Below are positions 9,643 through 18,988 of a stretch of DNA of 64,000 nt, in pieces. A program made the position numbers and the translations under genes. The notes beneath the pieces were generated by a model. That model was not told the origin of the DNA. It saw only the letters and a program-made list of their open reading frames with translations, and did not search any database. Each line of letters opens with the position of its first letter. The stretch's first letter is position 1. Origin of the DNA: Patescibacteria group bacterium (GTDB lineage: Bacteria > Patescibacteriota > Patescibacteriia > 2-01-FULL-39-33); the NCBI GenBank assembly GCA_041650895.1, contig JBAZKF010000002.1, positions 7,967 through 71,966 of the forward strand, in the 5' to 3' direction.

Positions 9643-9837
9643 ATGGAGCTTCTATGCATTTTGTTCGCGCTTTTTGTCTTTGTCTTTTTTGTCGGTATCA
9701 AAGTCAAATGCGCGGAATGCCATACCGAATTTTACAGTTATTTATCGCGTTGCCCGTCCTGCGGTCTGAAGGCAGGCGATTTGCCCGAGGAAACACCGCC
9801 TCCTCCGTCCGATAAAGCGGAACAGCGAGGCGAATAA
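9643..9837 (+). CDS. Small membrane protein with C-terminal zinc-ribbon (CxxC...CxxC)
   Basis: One TM helix (LLCILFALFVFVFFVGI) followed by CAECH...CPSCG and a Pro-rich acidic tail; start Met uncertain. Confidence 0.35.
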   Translation: MELLCILFALFVFVFFVGIKVKCAECHTEFYSYLSRCPSCGLKAGDLPEETPPPPSDKAEQRGE

Positions 9838-9856
9838 TAGCAATAGCACTTTATTG

Positions 9857-9886
9857 GGATCAGTTTGACTGGTCCTTTTGTTTTTC
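9857..9886 (+). terminator. Rho-independent terminator
   Basis: GGATCAGT-ttg-ACTGGTCC hairpin followed by ttttgtttttctt. Confidence 0.5.
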
Positions 9887-9921
9887 TTGAATTTTAGCCA
9901 AGATTTTTGTATAATTATGGC

Positions 9922-10974
9922 ATGAACGATAATGATTTCATCATTTATTTTGGCGCTATTTTGCTGTCTTTCTTGTTGGCTGTCGGCCTGACTCCGTTAG
10001 TCAAACTGGTGGCCCGGCGTTTTGATATTATGGATAAACCGCAGACAGCCGAACGCAAGATCCATCATAATCCGGTGCCTTTTATGGGCGGTTGGGCGAT
10101 ATTTTTGTCGGTTTTTGTCGGCGTTTTTGTTTTTCAATTTTTTAATTTGGCGGATTTTTCTTTAATTAATGACCGCCTGTTATGGGGGATTTTTATTTCT
10201 TGCTTAATATTGATGATCGGTGGCACAATTGACGACAAATACAGTCTCAAACCGGAACAGCAGATATTTTTCCCCATTATCGCTGTTGTTGTTGTCTTAT
10301 TGTCGGGGTTGCATATAACTTTTATCACTAACCCCTTAAGCCAATCCGGAGCCATTCTGTTTATCGGTAAATATCTGGGCATAGCCATTGTATTCTTTTG
10401 GCTTTTGGGCATGGCTTATACTACTAAATTTTTGGACGGTTTGGACGGTTTGGTGGCCGGTATTGCCACTATCGCCGCCTTATTTATATTCTTAGTTTCT
10501 CTGCGTTGGGATACGGCTTTATCGGCGACAGGCATTTGGGCTTTGTTGCTTTTGGGGGCATCGCTTGGTTTTTTGATTTATAATTGGCGTCCGGCTTCAA
10601 TTTTTTTGGGCGAAGGAGGATCTGTATTTATCGGTTTTTTGTTGGGTATTTTATCCATCGTTTCCGGTTCTAAAATTATTACCACATTACTGGTGATGGG
10701 TTTGCCGGCCTTGGATGTTTTATTGGTGATTGTCCGTCGCTTGATTTCCGGCAAATCGCCGTTTGCCGGCGATCGCAATCATTTGCATTATCGTTTGCTT
10801 AATTTAGGTTTGTCGCACACCCAGGCGGTTTGGCTTCTGTGGCTGATCGCTTTGGCTTTTGGTTCGTTAGGCATTATTTCTACCAGTTACGGCAAAATGA
10901 TTTTAATCATCTGCTTGATGCTGGTGATGGCTATAATTTCCACCGCTTTATGGGTCAAGTCAAAAAAATCTTAG
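9922..10974 (+). CDS. Glycosyltransferase family 4 polyprenyl-phosphate sugar-1-phosphate transferase (WecA/TagO-like; MraY paralog)
   Basis: Multi-TM protein with the MraY/WecA motif KFLDGLDGLVAG; a separate mraY sits in the dcw cluster at 44484; ATG at 9922 preferred over the TTG at 9907. Confidence 0.75.
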   Translation: MNDNDFIIYFGAILLSFLLAVGLTPLVKLVARRFDIMDKPQTAERKIHHNPVPFMGGWAIFLSVFVGVFVFQFFNLADFSLINDRLLWGIFISCLILMIGGTIDDKYSLKPEQQIFFPIIAVVVVLLSGLHITFITNPLSQSGAILFIGKYLGIAIVFFWLLGMAYTTKFLDGLDGLVAGIATIAALFIFLVSLRWDTALSATGIWALLLLGASLGFLIYNWRPASIFLGEGGSVFIGFLLGILSIVSGSKIITTLLVMGLPALDVLLVIVRRLISGKSPFAGDRNHLHYRLLNLGLSHTQAVWLLWLIALAFGSLGIISTSYGKMILIICLMLVMAIISTALWVKSKKS

Positions 10975-11393
10975 CCGGTTCATTTCTATTTGCCATTGGC
11001 CTTGTTTTAGCCGGTTGCGTGTTTGATTCTCCTGACAAATCTTTGACTCTCGGCGGACATGAAATTAAAGTGGAGATAGTAGATACTGCCGTTAGTCGAG
11101 TTAATGGTTTATCCGGGCGCGAATCTTTGTGCGCTTCTTGCGGTATGTTGTTTGTTTATGACAATTCCGCCAAGCGCGCCTTTTGGATGAAGAATATGAA
11201 TTTCCCCCTGGATATTATCTGGTTGAATGATAATAGGGCTGTGGGTTTCAGCGAGGCGCTGGAGCCGGAAGGGGAGGAACCGTCAAGAACCTACGCTTCG
11301 CCCGAACCAGTTGATATGGTTCTTGAGGTTAATGCCGGCTTCGTCGCCAAAAATGGGATTAAAGCAGGCGATCCAGTTCAATTAGGCAATTGA
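10950..11393 (+). CDS. DUF192-family lipoprotein
   Basis: Lipoprotein signal (LVLAGC), then RVNGLSGRESL...GMLFVYDNSAKRAFWMKNMNFPLDIIWL typical of DUF192/COG1430; start at internal Met to avoid overlap with the upstream gene. Confidence 0.6.
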   Translation: MGQVKKILAGSFLFAIGLVLAGCVFDSPDKSLTLGGHEIKVEIVDTAVSRVNGLSGRESLCASCGMLFVYDNSAKRAFWMKNMNFPLDIIWLNDNRAVGFSEALEPEGEEPSRTYASPEPVDMVLEVNAGFVAKNGIKAGDPVQLGN

Positions 11394-11429
11394 TGATTGA
11401 TTATAATTTGCTCTCAATAGAAAAATACT

Positions 11430-12845
11430 ATGTTAAAGATTTACAACACCTTAACTAAGTCGCAGGAAGAATTCAAACCGCTCAAGAATAAACAGGTCGC
11501 TTTTTATCAATGCGGGCCGACCGTTTATTGGATTCAGCATATCGGCAATATGCGCGCCATGGTACTGGCCGACTTGATTTGTCGGTCGCTGGTTTATCTT
11601 GGCTATAAAGTGAAGTTTGCCCGGAACTATACTGATGTCGGTCACTTGACCAGTGACGAGGACGAGGGCGAGGACAAGATGATTAAAGCGTCTAAGCGCG
11701 AAGGACTAACGCCGGAGCAGATAGCCGATAAGTATATCGCGCAGTTTGAAACTGATGTGACTGACTTGAATTGCTTGCCTCCTGATTATAAACCACGAGC
11801 TACGGAATATATTAAGCAAATGCAAAAAATGGTGCAAGTGTTTTTGGATAAGGATTATGCTTACGCCACTGATTTGGCAATTTATTTTGATATTACCAAG
11901 GCCCGGGATTATACCAGGTTGTCCGGTCAGAAATTGGAAGAAAATCAGGCTGAAGCCGGTAGGGGCGAAGTGGGTGATTCGGGGAAGAAAAATTCGGCGG
12001 ATTTTGCCGTGTGGTTTTTTAAGGCGGGCGCGCACCAAAATGCCTTGCAGACTTGGCCGTACAAATTTAGTGTTCAAGATAAAATAATAGAGGGTGAGGG
12101 GTTTCCCGGTTGGCATCTGGAATGTTCGGCCATGAACTACAAGATTTTTGGTTCGACGATTGATTTGCATATGGGCGGTATCGAGCATGTGCCCGTGCAT
12201 CATACCAACGAGATTGCCCAAAGCGAAGCTTTTTCCGGCAAAAAATTTGTGGATTATTGGTTGCATAACGAGCATCTTAATGTTGATGGCGGCAAGATGA
12301 GCAAATCTGACGGCACGGCCTATTCGGTAGCCGATGTCAAAGCCAAAGGCTATGATCCGCTGGCCTTGCGTTATTTTTTCTTAGGCGCACATTATCGCAG
12401 TAAGCAGAATTTTACCTGGGAGGCGCTTGATGCCGCTCAATCCGCTTTGAATAATCTTCGCACGCAATTATTGTCATTCCGACCGAGCCGGCCGGACGGC
12501 GGGCGAGTGGATAAACCGCTTAAAAACAGATTCATCGCCGCTTTGGAAGACGATTTTAATATTCCTCAAGCCTTAGCGTTGGTTTGGGAAATACTCAAGG
12601 ACGACCTGCCTGATGCGGAAAAACATGCAACGATAATTGACTTTGATCAAGTTTTAGGTTTGGATTTATCGCAACTTAAAGCGGAAGAAATTCCCGCTGA
12701 AATAAAAACTCTCGCCGAGGCGCGTTGGCAGGCTCGACAAAGTAAAAATTGGGCAGAATCTGATCGTTTGCGTGACGAGTTATTGCAAGCTGGTTGGCAA
12801 ATGGAAGACGGCAAGAATGATTATAAGTTAAAAAAATCTAAATAA
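11430..12845 (+). CDS. cysS: Cysteine--tRNA ligase
   Basis: Class I aaRS HIGH-like motif (HIGNMRA), KMSKS motif, 471 aa with the CysRS anticodon-binding domain pattern. Confidence 0.95.
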   Translation: MLKIYNTLTKSQEEFKPLKNKQVAFYQCGPTVYWIQHIGNMRAMVLADLICRSLVYLGYKVKFARNYTDVGHLTSDEDEGEDKMIKASKREGLTPEQIADKYIAQFETDVTDLNCLPPDYKPRATEYIKQMQKMVQVFLDKDYAYATDLAIYFDITKARDYTRLSGQKLEENQAEAGRGEVGDSGKKNSADFAVWFFKAGAHQNALQTWPYKFSVQDKIIEGEGFPGWHLECSAMNYKIFGSTIDLHMGGIEHVPVHHTNEIAQSEAFSGKKFVDYWLHNEHLNVDGGKMSKSDGTAYSVADVKAKGYDPLALRYFFLGAHYRSKQNFTWEALDAAQSALNNLRTQLLSFRPSRPDGGRVDKPLKNRFIAALEDDFNIPQALALVWEILKDDLPDAEKHATIIDFDQVLGLDLSQLKAEEIPAEIKTLAEARWQARQSKNWAESDRLRDELLQAGWQMEDGKNDYKLKKSK

Positions 12846-12889
12846 AAAACACGGCTAAATCGTCGTGTTTGGTTAAAGTGCCTTCTAGC

Positions 12890-13105
12890 TTAACTTTTTC
12901 TTTTTCTCTTAATAGTTCTTTTAGCGGCTAACAGTGAATCACCGCGAAAACCAAGGAGCCTCAAACCGAAAATTATATTGCCATGGATTATATCTTCAAT
13001 ACTTCTAAAAGGGGTGACAGGCTCCCCAAAAAATCCCCTTTTATTATAGCAGTAATCAAGCCAGGTTTTTTCGCCATGCAAATTGATGAATTCTTCCTTA
13101 GTCAT
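12890..13105 (-). CDS. Hypothetical small protein (71 aa) with basic C-terminus (KRTIKRKRKS)
   Basis: Strong RBS GAAAGGAGG 6 nt upstream of the ATG (minus strand); no recognisable domain. Confidence 0.4.
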   Translation of the reverse strand: MTKEEFINLHGEKTWLDYCYNKRGFFGEPVTPFRSIEDIIHGNIIFGLRLLGFRGDSLLAAKRTIKRKRKS

Positions 13106-13170
13106 CAGTAGCCTCCTTTCCGTAGCGTTTTTAAAATTCAATTAATCCTTTCCTTGAATCAAATAATGTT

Positions 13171-13620
13171 TCAAGACCTCTTCACTCCTAATTCAGTAAG
13201 TATTCTCCAGAGATCGGCGGCAGATAAGAATATTTGCTCACCCCTCAACGATCGGGAATTAATTGATAGGGAATAAGCCGGCTGTGACCTGCCATCGACT
13301 ACTTCTAAGGTGTTTCTAATGAATCCGGCAATAATAGCTGTATCGCCAAAAAATCCCCCCTCAATTCCCTTATTGGCTCGGACAAATTGGAATTCAATTT
13401 TCCAATTACCGCCGGCAGTCTCCGCTTCCTTACCGACATTATTTCCTGTAGTGGCAATAAATTGCCGTACAGGAGCTTCTTCGTAGGTTACCTCCCACAT
13501 TAAGACAGATGGTTCGGCTTCGCACCATGCTTCAAATTTTCTAAATAACATGCTTCCCGATACGGTATTGTTAGTGACTTCAACCTTAGTAAAAGCTCTT
13601 TTGGAGATCTTGGAGTTCAT
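13171..13620 (-). CDS. Hypothetical protein (149 aa), no recognisable domain
   Basis: RBS GGGAGG upstream of the ATG at 13620 (minus strand); soluble, Gly-rich central region; co-oriented with the 71-aa gene. Confidence 0.5.
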   Translation of the reverse strand: MNSKISKRAFTKVEVTNNTVSGSMLFRKFEAWCEAEPSVLMWEVTYEEAPVRQFIATTGNNVGKEAETAGGNWKIEFQFVRANKGIEGGFFGDTAIIAGFIRNTLEVVDGRSQPAYSLSINSRSLRGEQIFLSAADLWRILTELGVKRS

Positions 13621-14134
13621 TATTAACCTCCCTTCGCTTATTCTTATTATCGGTTAGTGTTTATTCCAAGTTTTTTAAGTTTTAAGGTTCTTTTTGCTGA
13701 TTATTCAGTTTACTTAATAATAGTGAAAAAGTCAAGCCTGCGGTTAGCGGTAATTTTTGTCAATCTGCCTTATTAATCTTGCCAGCAATGCTGGCATGTT
13801 TTGGTATTTTAGTTCTGATTTACAGGTTATTTTTATCTTCTTTTATGCCCATAATTATTGCGCCCGCCACTATCAGGATAATTAAAATTATAATTATGAT
13901 ATTTATCATATTTTGCAAGTTAAAAAGTAATAGTTGACGCCGAATTATATTTTACAGAGAAAAGCGAATCTGGGAAAAACTCGAGCTGAGAGTTTTTCCG
14001 CATACTTGGTGTTAAACGATCCAAGCCCTGCCTACGTTATATGTTTTCAAAAGAAAAAGGCAGAGCGAGAGCGCAGCGTGGCTTTAGCGTATTTTTGAGA
14101 TTTTTTACATCGATTAAAGAAAAATTTCTATTCA

Positions 14135-15256
14135 TTAATAAGTCTCTTTTAGATACTCCTCTAACTTTTCCAATGCTTCTGGCATGTTTTTACGGGCAAA
14201 ACCAATTCTAAAGTAATTACCTTTGAAGTCATAAACTTTGGAGGGGAGCAACATTACTCCTTTCTTTTCAACAAGATCAAGGCAGAAGTCTGAAATATCA
14301 ATATTTGCTTTTAACGTCGGAAAGCCAATCGGCCCAGCCTTTGGTCTATGCCACTCAAAAAGTTTTGCGTGTTTGGCAAAAAATTCATCCAGTATTTTGA
14401 GATTGTTTTCAATAATCCCTATGTTTCTTTTGAGAATTTTATCTTTTGCTCTCAAAGCCATAATAGCCAAAATTTCACTCGGCGCGCTACTGCAAATAGT
14501 TGTGTAATCTTTGTAAGTAGCAAAACTTTTGAGTAAATCAGAATTTTTTGTAGTCAGCCAGCCAATTCTCAACCCAGCTAAAGCAAAACTTTTTGACATC
14601 CCGAATAGAGAAATGGCGTTATCATATAGGTCGCATGCTGATGAAGTCCGATTGGCTTGATCGTGTTCAAGAAATCTGTACATTTCATCAGAAAACACGA
14701 TGATATTTTTTTGCCTTGCTAAATCAATAATCTCTTTCAATTCTTTTTCTTGTAATGCTACTCCCGTTGGATTATGGGGAAAGTTTATGACGATGAGTTT
14801 TGTGTCATCTCTAATCAGGCTTTTGAGGTCGTCAATATCGAAAATCCAACCATTTTCATTTTTCGGTGTCCATTTTGATACTTTGCAACCGAGAGAATTC
14901 GCGATTTCATACAAAGATTGATAGCCCGGAAATGTGGTAACAACATGATCGTCTTTTTTAAGGAGATTATTCATGGCAATAAAAATTCCTTCTTCTGGTG
15001 TTATCACTAACACCTGTTCAGGTTTGATGTTTTGATGAAGCTTGGCAATCTCCTTGCGCAAAAGTGGATGTCCTTGAGATTCTGTGTAGCCGAGCTTGAG
15101 TTCGTTCCATAGTTTGAGCGAATTCTCGTCAGCCATTGCCAGAAGTTCTTTTTGGGTAAGAGCTTCGCAATCAGAACAAGACAATAAATAAGGAGCTGAA
15201 AACTCATATTTTGCGAAGTATCTTTCTAATTTGAATGGTTGGATTTTCATTATCAT
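14135..15256 (-). CDS. PLP-dependent aminotransferase, class I/II fold
   Basis: FPHNPTG motif, PLP-lysine context SKSFALAGLRIGW, 373 aa; AT-rich codon usage (A/T-ending codons) distinct from neighbouring core genes. Confidence 0.85.
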   Translation of the reverse strand: MIMKIQPFKLERYFAKYEFSAPYLLSCSDCEALTQKELLAMADENSLKLWNELKLGYTESQGHPLLRKEIAKLHQNIKPEQVLVITPEEGIFIAMNNLLKKDDHVVTTFPGYQSLYEIANSLGCKVSKWTPKNENGWIFDIDDLKSLIRDDTKLIVINFPHNPTGVALQEKELKEIIDLARQKNIIVFSDEMYRFLEHDQANRTSSACDLYDNAISLFGMSKSFALAGLRIGWLTTKNSDLLKSFATYKDYTTICSSAPSEILAIMALRAKDKILKRNIGIIENNLKILDEFFAKHAKLFEWHRPKAGPIGFPTLKANIDISDFCLDLVEKKGVMLLPSKVYDFKGNYFRIGFARKNMPEALEKLEEYLKETY

Positions 15257-15417
15257 AAAGTCAGAGGAGTGTATATAAAAATTTTTCTTAATTTCATATA
15301 ACTAGTGATTATACGAATTGTTTTCGCATAATATGTATATATTGATTATTTTACGAATAGTTGATATAATCAATTAGTATATAATAGTATATAAATTATA
15401 ACCTTTTTGTCTTATTT

Positions 15418-16233
15418 ATGCAAAATTATTTGGATAAAACAATAATTGAGCTAAAAATCAGGAATTATAGTCAAAAAACCATCAAGAGTTATATCCATTA
15501 TTTGGGTGACTTTCTAAATTTTGTTAATAGTGATCCTGTAGCGGTAAATTCTGCTAAAATTAAAGAATTTATTTTACTTAAGCAGGGGAGCGGCTATTCC
15601 TCCCAGACAGTTAATTTGTGCCTTAATGCCATTAAGTTTTTTTATCGCGAAATTCTAAAAAAACCTCAATATATTGATTTGAAATTAGCCAAAAAAAATA
15701 AGCGGTTGCCGGTGGTCTTGAGTCGGGGGGAAATAGATTTAATGATAAATAATACTGATAATGAAAAACATAAGTTGATCTTAGCTCTGGCATATGGCGC
15801 CGGTCTTAGGGTTAGCGAGGCGGTTAATTTAAAAATCAAAGACGTTTTTCTTGATGAATTGACGATTAAAGTGGATCAGGGCAAGGGCAGGAAAGACCGC
15901 CTGACGATTATGCCGGAAAAAATTAAAGGTAAATTGGCCGCACTTATCGGCAATCGCTCAGGCAACGAGTATCTGTTTGAGAGCGAACGCGGCGGCAAAT
16001 TGGCGGAAAGAACTTTGCAGGCGATTTTTGCTAAAGTGCTTGAAAAATCAAACATCAAGAAAGAAGCCACCTTTCATAGTTTGCGTCATAGTTTCGCCAC
16101 TCATTTGTTAGAAAACAGCACCGATGTCCGTTATGTGCAAGAACTTTTAGGGCATCAGAATATTCGCACTACGCAGATCTACACTCATGTTACTAATCCA
16201 AGTATTAGGAATATCAAGAGTCCCTTGGTATAA
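15418..16233 (+). CDS. Site-specific tyrosine recombinase (XerD/integrase family)
   Basis: Catalytic residues in GLRVSE (Arg), HSLRHSFATHLL (His-x-x-Arg), LGHQNIRTTQIYTHV (His, Tyr); 271 aa; AT-rich upstream region with short repeats. Confidence 0.85.
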   Translation: MQNYLDKTIIELKIRNYSQKTIKSYIHYLGDFLNFVNSDPVAVNSAKIKEFILLKQGSGYSSQTVNLCLNAIKFFYREILKKPQYIDLKLAKKNKRLPVVLSRGEIDLMINNTDNEKHKLILALAYGAGLRVSEAVNLKIKDVFLDELTIKVDQGKGRKDRLTIMPEKIKGKLAALIGNRSGNEYLFESERGGKLAERTLQAIFAKVLEKSNIKKEATFHSLRHSFATHLLENSTDVRYVQELLGHQNIRTTQIYTHVTNPSIRNIKSPLV

Positions 16234-16257
16234 CGCAAAAAATAATTAATTTAAAAA

Positions 16258-18819
16258 ATGACTGAAGATAAAATTATCATTCGCAATGCGCGAGTGCACA
16301 ACTTAAAGAATATCTCGTTGGAAATACCGCATAACAAACTGACGGTAATGACCGGCGTATCCGGCAGCGGCAAGTCGTCGTTGGCTTTTGATACGATTTT
16401 TGCCGAAGGTCAAAGGCGTTATATTGAATCGCTATCGCCTTATGCTCGGCAGTTTTTGGGTCAGATGAAGCCGGCTGATGTGGATGAAATTATCGGTTTG
16501 GCGCCGGCCATCAGCATTGACCAAAAAGCCTTGTCGCATAATCCTCGCTCTACTGTTGGCACTTTGACTGAGATTTACGATTATTTGCGTGTCCTATACG
16601 CTCGCTTAGGTGAAGTATTTTGCCCTGTTTGTGGCACCAAGATCGCTAAAATGTCTTTAGATGAAATGATAGAAATCATCAAGAATAAAGCCGAAGAATC
16701 AGGCACGGACAACGTTAGGATTTTGTCGCCAGTGGTGGTGGATAGAAAAGGTGAATACTATCAGATGCTTTATGACTTTCTGGCCTTAGGCTTCAGTGAA
16801 GCGCGCGTTGACGGCAAGATTTATCCGTTACGCGAGCGTATTAATCTGGCTAAAAATAAAAAACACTCCATTGATGTCGTTATTGACAAGGTCAGGATAG
16901 CGGATGAGTCGCGCCTGACTGAGGCCGTGGAAAGCGCTCTGGATCATGCTAAGGGTTTGGTGCGCGTGATGTTTGATCAGAAAGATGAAGAATCAATAGA
17001 AATCCTATTGTCTTCCAATTGGACCTGTCCCAATGACGGTTTTGCTTTTCCCGAAGTAGAACCGCGCCTGTTTTCGTTCAATAGCCCGCATGGCGCTTGT
17101 CCCGAATGCCACGGCTTGGGCCGGAAGGAAAAATGGGTGGAGAGGGAAAGGACCGATGAAGATGATGATGGCAATAAATACGAACGTATAGTGGAGGAGT
17201 GCCTGACTTGCCACGGTTTGCGTTTAAATGAAAACGCCTTGTCGGTGCGGGTTAACAGCAAGAACATCGCCGAGACCTCGGCTTTATCGCTGGATAAGGC
17301 CCATAAGTTTTTTTCCGAGTATTACAATAAGATGAGTGAACGGCAGAAAACCATCGGCGAGACCGTAGTCTATGAAATCAGCGCTCGCTTGGATTTTTTG
17401 CTTAAGGTCGGTTTGAATTATTTGACATTGGATCGCGAGGCGGAAACATTGTCCGGCGGTGAGGCTCAGAGAATCCGTCTGGCCTCCCAGATCGGCTCGC
17501 ATTTGTCGCATACTTTATATGTACTTGATGAGCCGACTATCGGCTTGCACGAAAGGGATACGGAAAAACTGATCGAAACCCTAAAATCATTAAAAGATCA
17601 AAATAATACCGTTATCGTAGTGGAACATGACGAGCGGACGATCATGGCTTCGGATTATCTGGTAGACTTGGGGCCTTTGGCCGGACGCCATGGCGGGGAA
17701 GTGTCGGCTATCGGAGAAACCAAAAAATTACTCAAAGGCAAAGATTACCCTGATTCTTTGACGCTACAATATTTACGCGGTGAAAAAGAAATCAATCTGG
17801 ATCGCAGTCGCCGGATCAAGGAAGCGGAAGCGATTAAGGTCATCGGCGCCAAGATCAATAATTTGAAAAATATTGATGTGGAGTTTCCTTTGCGGAAATT
17901 AATTGTCATTACCGGCGTCTCCGGTAGTGGCAAATCAACTTTGCTCTATGACGCCTTATATGAAAATTTATTGAAAATCAAGCACGGCTTTCGGAAAGAA
18001 ATCAGGGGTGTGGCCAAAATTATCGGCAGTGAATATGTTAATAAAGTAATCATTGTTAATCAGTCGCCCATCGGCCGGACGCCACGGAGCAATCCCGCCA
18101 CTTATACCGGAATTTTTACCCCGATTCGCGAATTTTTTGCCCAACTGCCGGCCAGCCGCGAGCGCGCTTATACTGCTTCGCGTTTTTCTTTCAATCGCCC
18201 GGGCGGACGTTGCGAGTCCTGCAATGGCGCCGGATTCAATCTAATTGAAATGCATTTTTTGCCGGCTGTACTGGTGGAATGCGAGGTTTGTCGCGGCAAG
18301 AGATTCAACCGCGAGACATTGCAAGTCAAATATAAGAACAAAAACATCGCCGAAGTTTTGCAACTGACGATTGATGAGGCGATTGATTATTTTGACGGCC
18401 AGTATCTGATTACCGATAAATTGAAAGTTTTGCAAGAAGTCGGCCTGGGTTATTTGCAGTTGGGCCAATCGGCCACCACCCTTTCTGGCGGGGAAGCGCA
18501 GAGAATTAAACTGGCTCGCGAATTGACGCACACCTTGGGCGCTAAGACTCTGTATTTGTTGGACGAGCCCTCGGTCGGTTTGCATTATCATGATATAGAG
18601 CTGTTGCTTAAAGCTTTGAATAAGCTGATTGATAAAGGCAATAGTGTGGTTTTGATTGAACATAATATGCATATCATCAAAGAAGCGGACTGGGTGATTG
18701 ACCTGGGTCCGGAAGGCGGGGATAATGGCGGTAAAGTTGTGGCCAAGGGTACGCCGGAACAGCTCACCGGCGCGAAAAACTGTTTGACCGGGGATTATTT
18801 AAGGAAGTATTTGAAATAA
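16258..18819 (+). CDS. uvrA: Excinuclease ABC subunit A (UvrA), short form with reduced insertion domain
   Basis: Two ABC modules ([18 protein letters not shown]; LSGGEAQRI twice) and zinc-finger CxxC pairs; 853 aa against the ~940 aa norm, with only ~30 aa between CPECHGLG and CLTCHG where the insertion domain sits. Confidence 0.9.
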   Translation: MTEDKIIIRNARVHNLKNISLEIPHNKLTVMTGVSGSGKSSLAFDTIFAEGQRRYIESLSPYARQFLGQMKPADVDEIIGLAPAISIDQKALSHNPRSTVGTLTEIYDYLRVLYARLGEVFCPVCGTKIAKMSLDEMIEIIKNKAEESGTDNVRILSPVVVDRKGEYYQMLYDFLALGFSEARVDGKIYPLRERINLAKNKKHSIDVVIDKVRIADESRLTEAVESALDHAKGLVRVMFDQKDEESIEILLSSNWTCPNDGFAFPEVEPRLFSFNSPHGACPECHGLGRKEKWVERERTDEDDDGNKYERIVEECLTCHGLRLNENALSVRVNSKNIAETSALSLDKAHKFFSEYYNKMSERQKTIGETVVYEISARLDFLLKVGLNYLTLDREAETLSGGEAQRIRLASQIGSHLSHTLYVLDEPTIGLHERDTEKLIETLKSLKDQNNTVIVVEHDERTIMASDYLVDLGPLAGRHGGEVSAIGETKKLLKGKDYPDSLTLQYLRGEKEINLDRSRRIKEAEAIKVIGAKINNLKNIDVEFPLRKLIVITGVSGSGKSTLLYDALYENLLKIKHGFRKEIRGVAKIIGSEYVNKVIIVNQSPIGRTPRSNPATYTGIFTPIREFFAQLPASRERAYTASRFSFNRPGGRCESCNGAGFNLIEMHFLPAVLVECEVCRGKRFNRETLQVKYKNKNIAEVLQLTIDEAIDYFDGQYLITDKLKVLQEVGLGYLQLGQSATTLSGGEAQRIKLARELTHTLGAKTLYLLDEPSVGLHYHDIELLLKALNKLIDKGNSVVLIEHNMHIIKEADWVIDLGPEGGDNGGKVVAKGTPEQLTGAKNCLTGDYLRKYLK

Positions 18820-18988
18820 GTTTATTCATTTATCATCTTGGCATTACTTGCAATATTTAGTTTGAATTAGTTATTTTAATGGCAGTTGTTTTTGGACGTT
18901 ATTAAATTTTACGTTTTTTTGTTATAATATAAACAGCTGCAGTTCCTGATTGTTTTCATGACATTAAAAGGCGCAGCCTAAAAAAATT

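Noticed and set aside
9907-9921. TTG start for the WecA-like gene
   Set aside because: The ORF track begins at a TTG, which the track translates as Met. The in-frame ATG at 9922 (MNDNDF...) is a more conventional start. Both are listed as possible.
11706-12275. 189-aa minus-strand ORF inside cysS, and similar long antisense ORFs (18241-18672 in uvrA, 30155-30628 in pilB, 36204-36749 in the Ig-like gene, 50373-50876 and 51096-51623 in murC, 40309-40794 in the giant gene)
   Set aside because: They lie entirely within well-supported genes on the opposite strand, lack motifs and have odd composition. They are typical shadow ORFs.
13758-13763. TGTCAA (-35-like on the minus strand) in the islet spacer as a promoter
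   Set aside because: There is no acceptable -10 hexamer at 16-18 nt spacing (agcctg).
13820-13909. 29-codon hydrophobic mini-ORF (MINIIIIILIILIVAGAIIMGIKEDKNNL) on the minus strand as a gene
   Set aside because: There is no Shine-Dalgarno sequence, it is extremely AT-rich and its composition is easily produced by chance. It is mentioned only as part of the islet finding, not called as a feature.
13966-13996. 10-bp hairpin GGAAAAACTC-gagct-GAGTTTTTCC as a terminator
   Set aside because: It is not followed by a U-tract on either strand. It is kept only as a note inside the islet finding.
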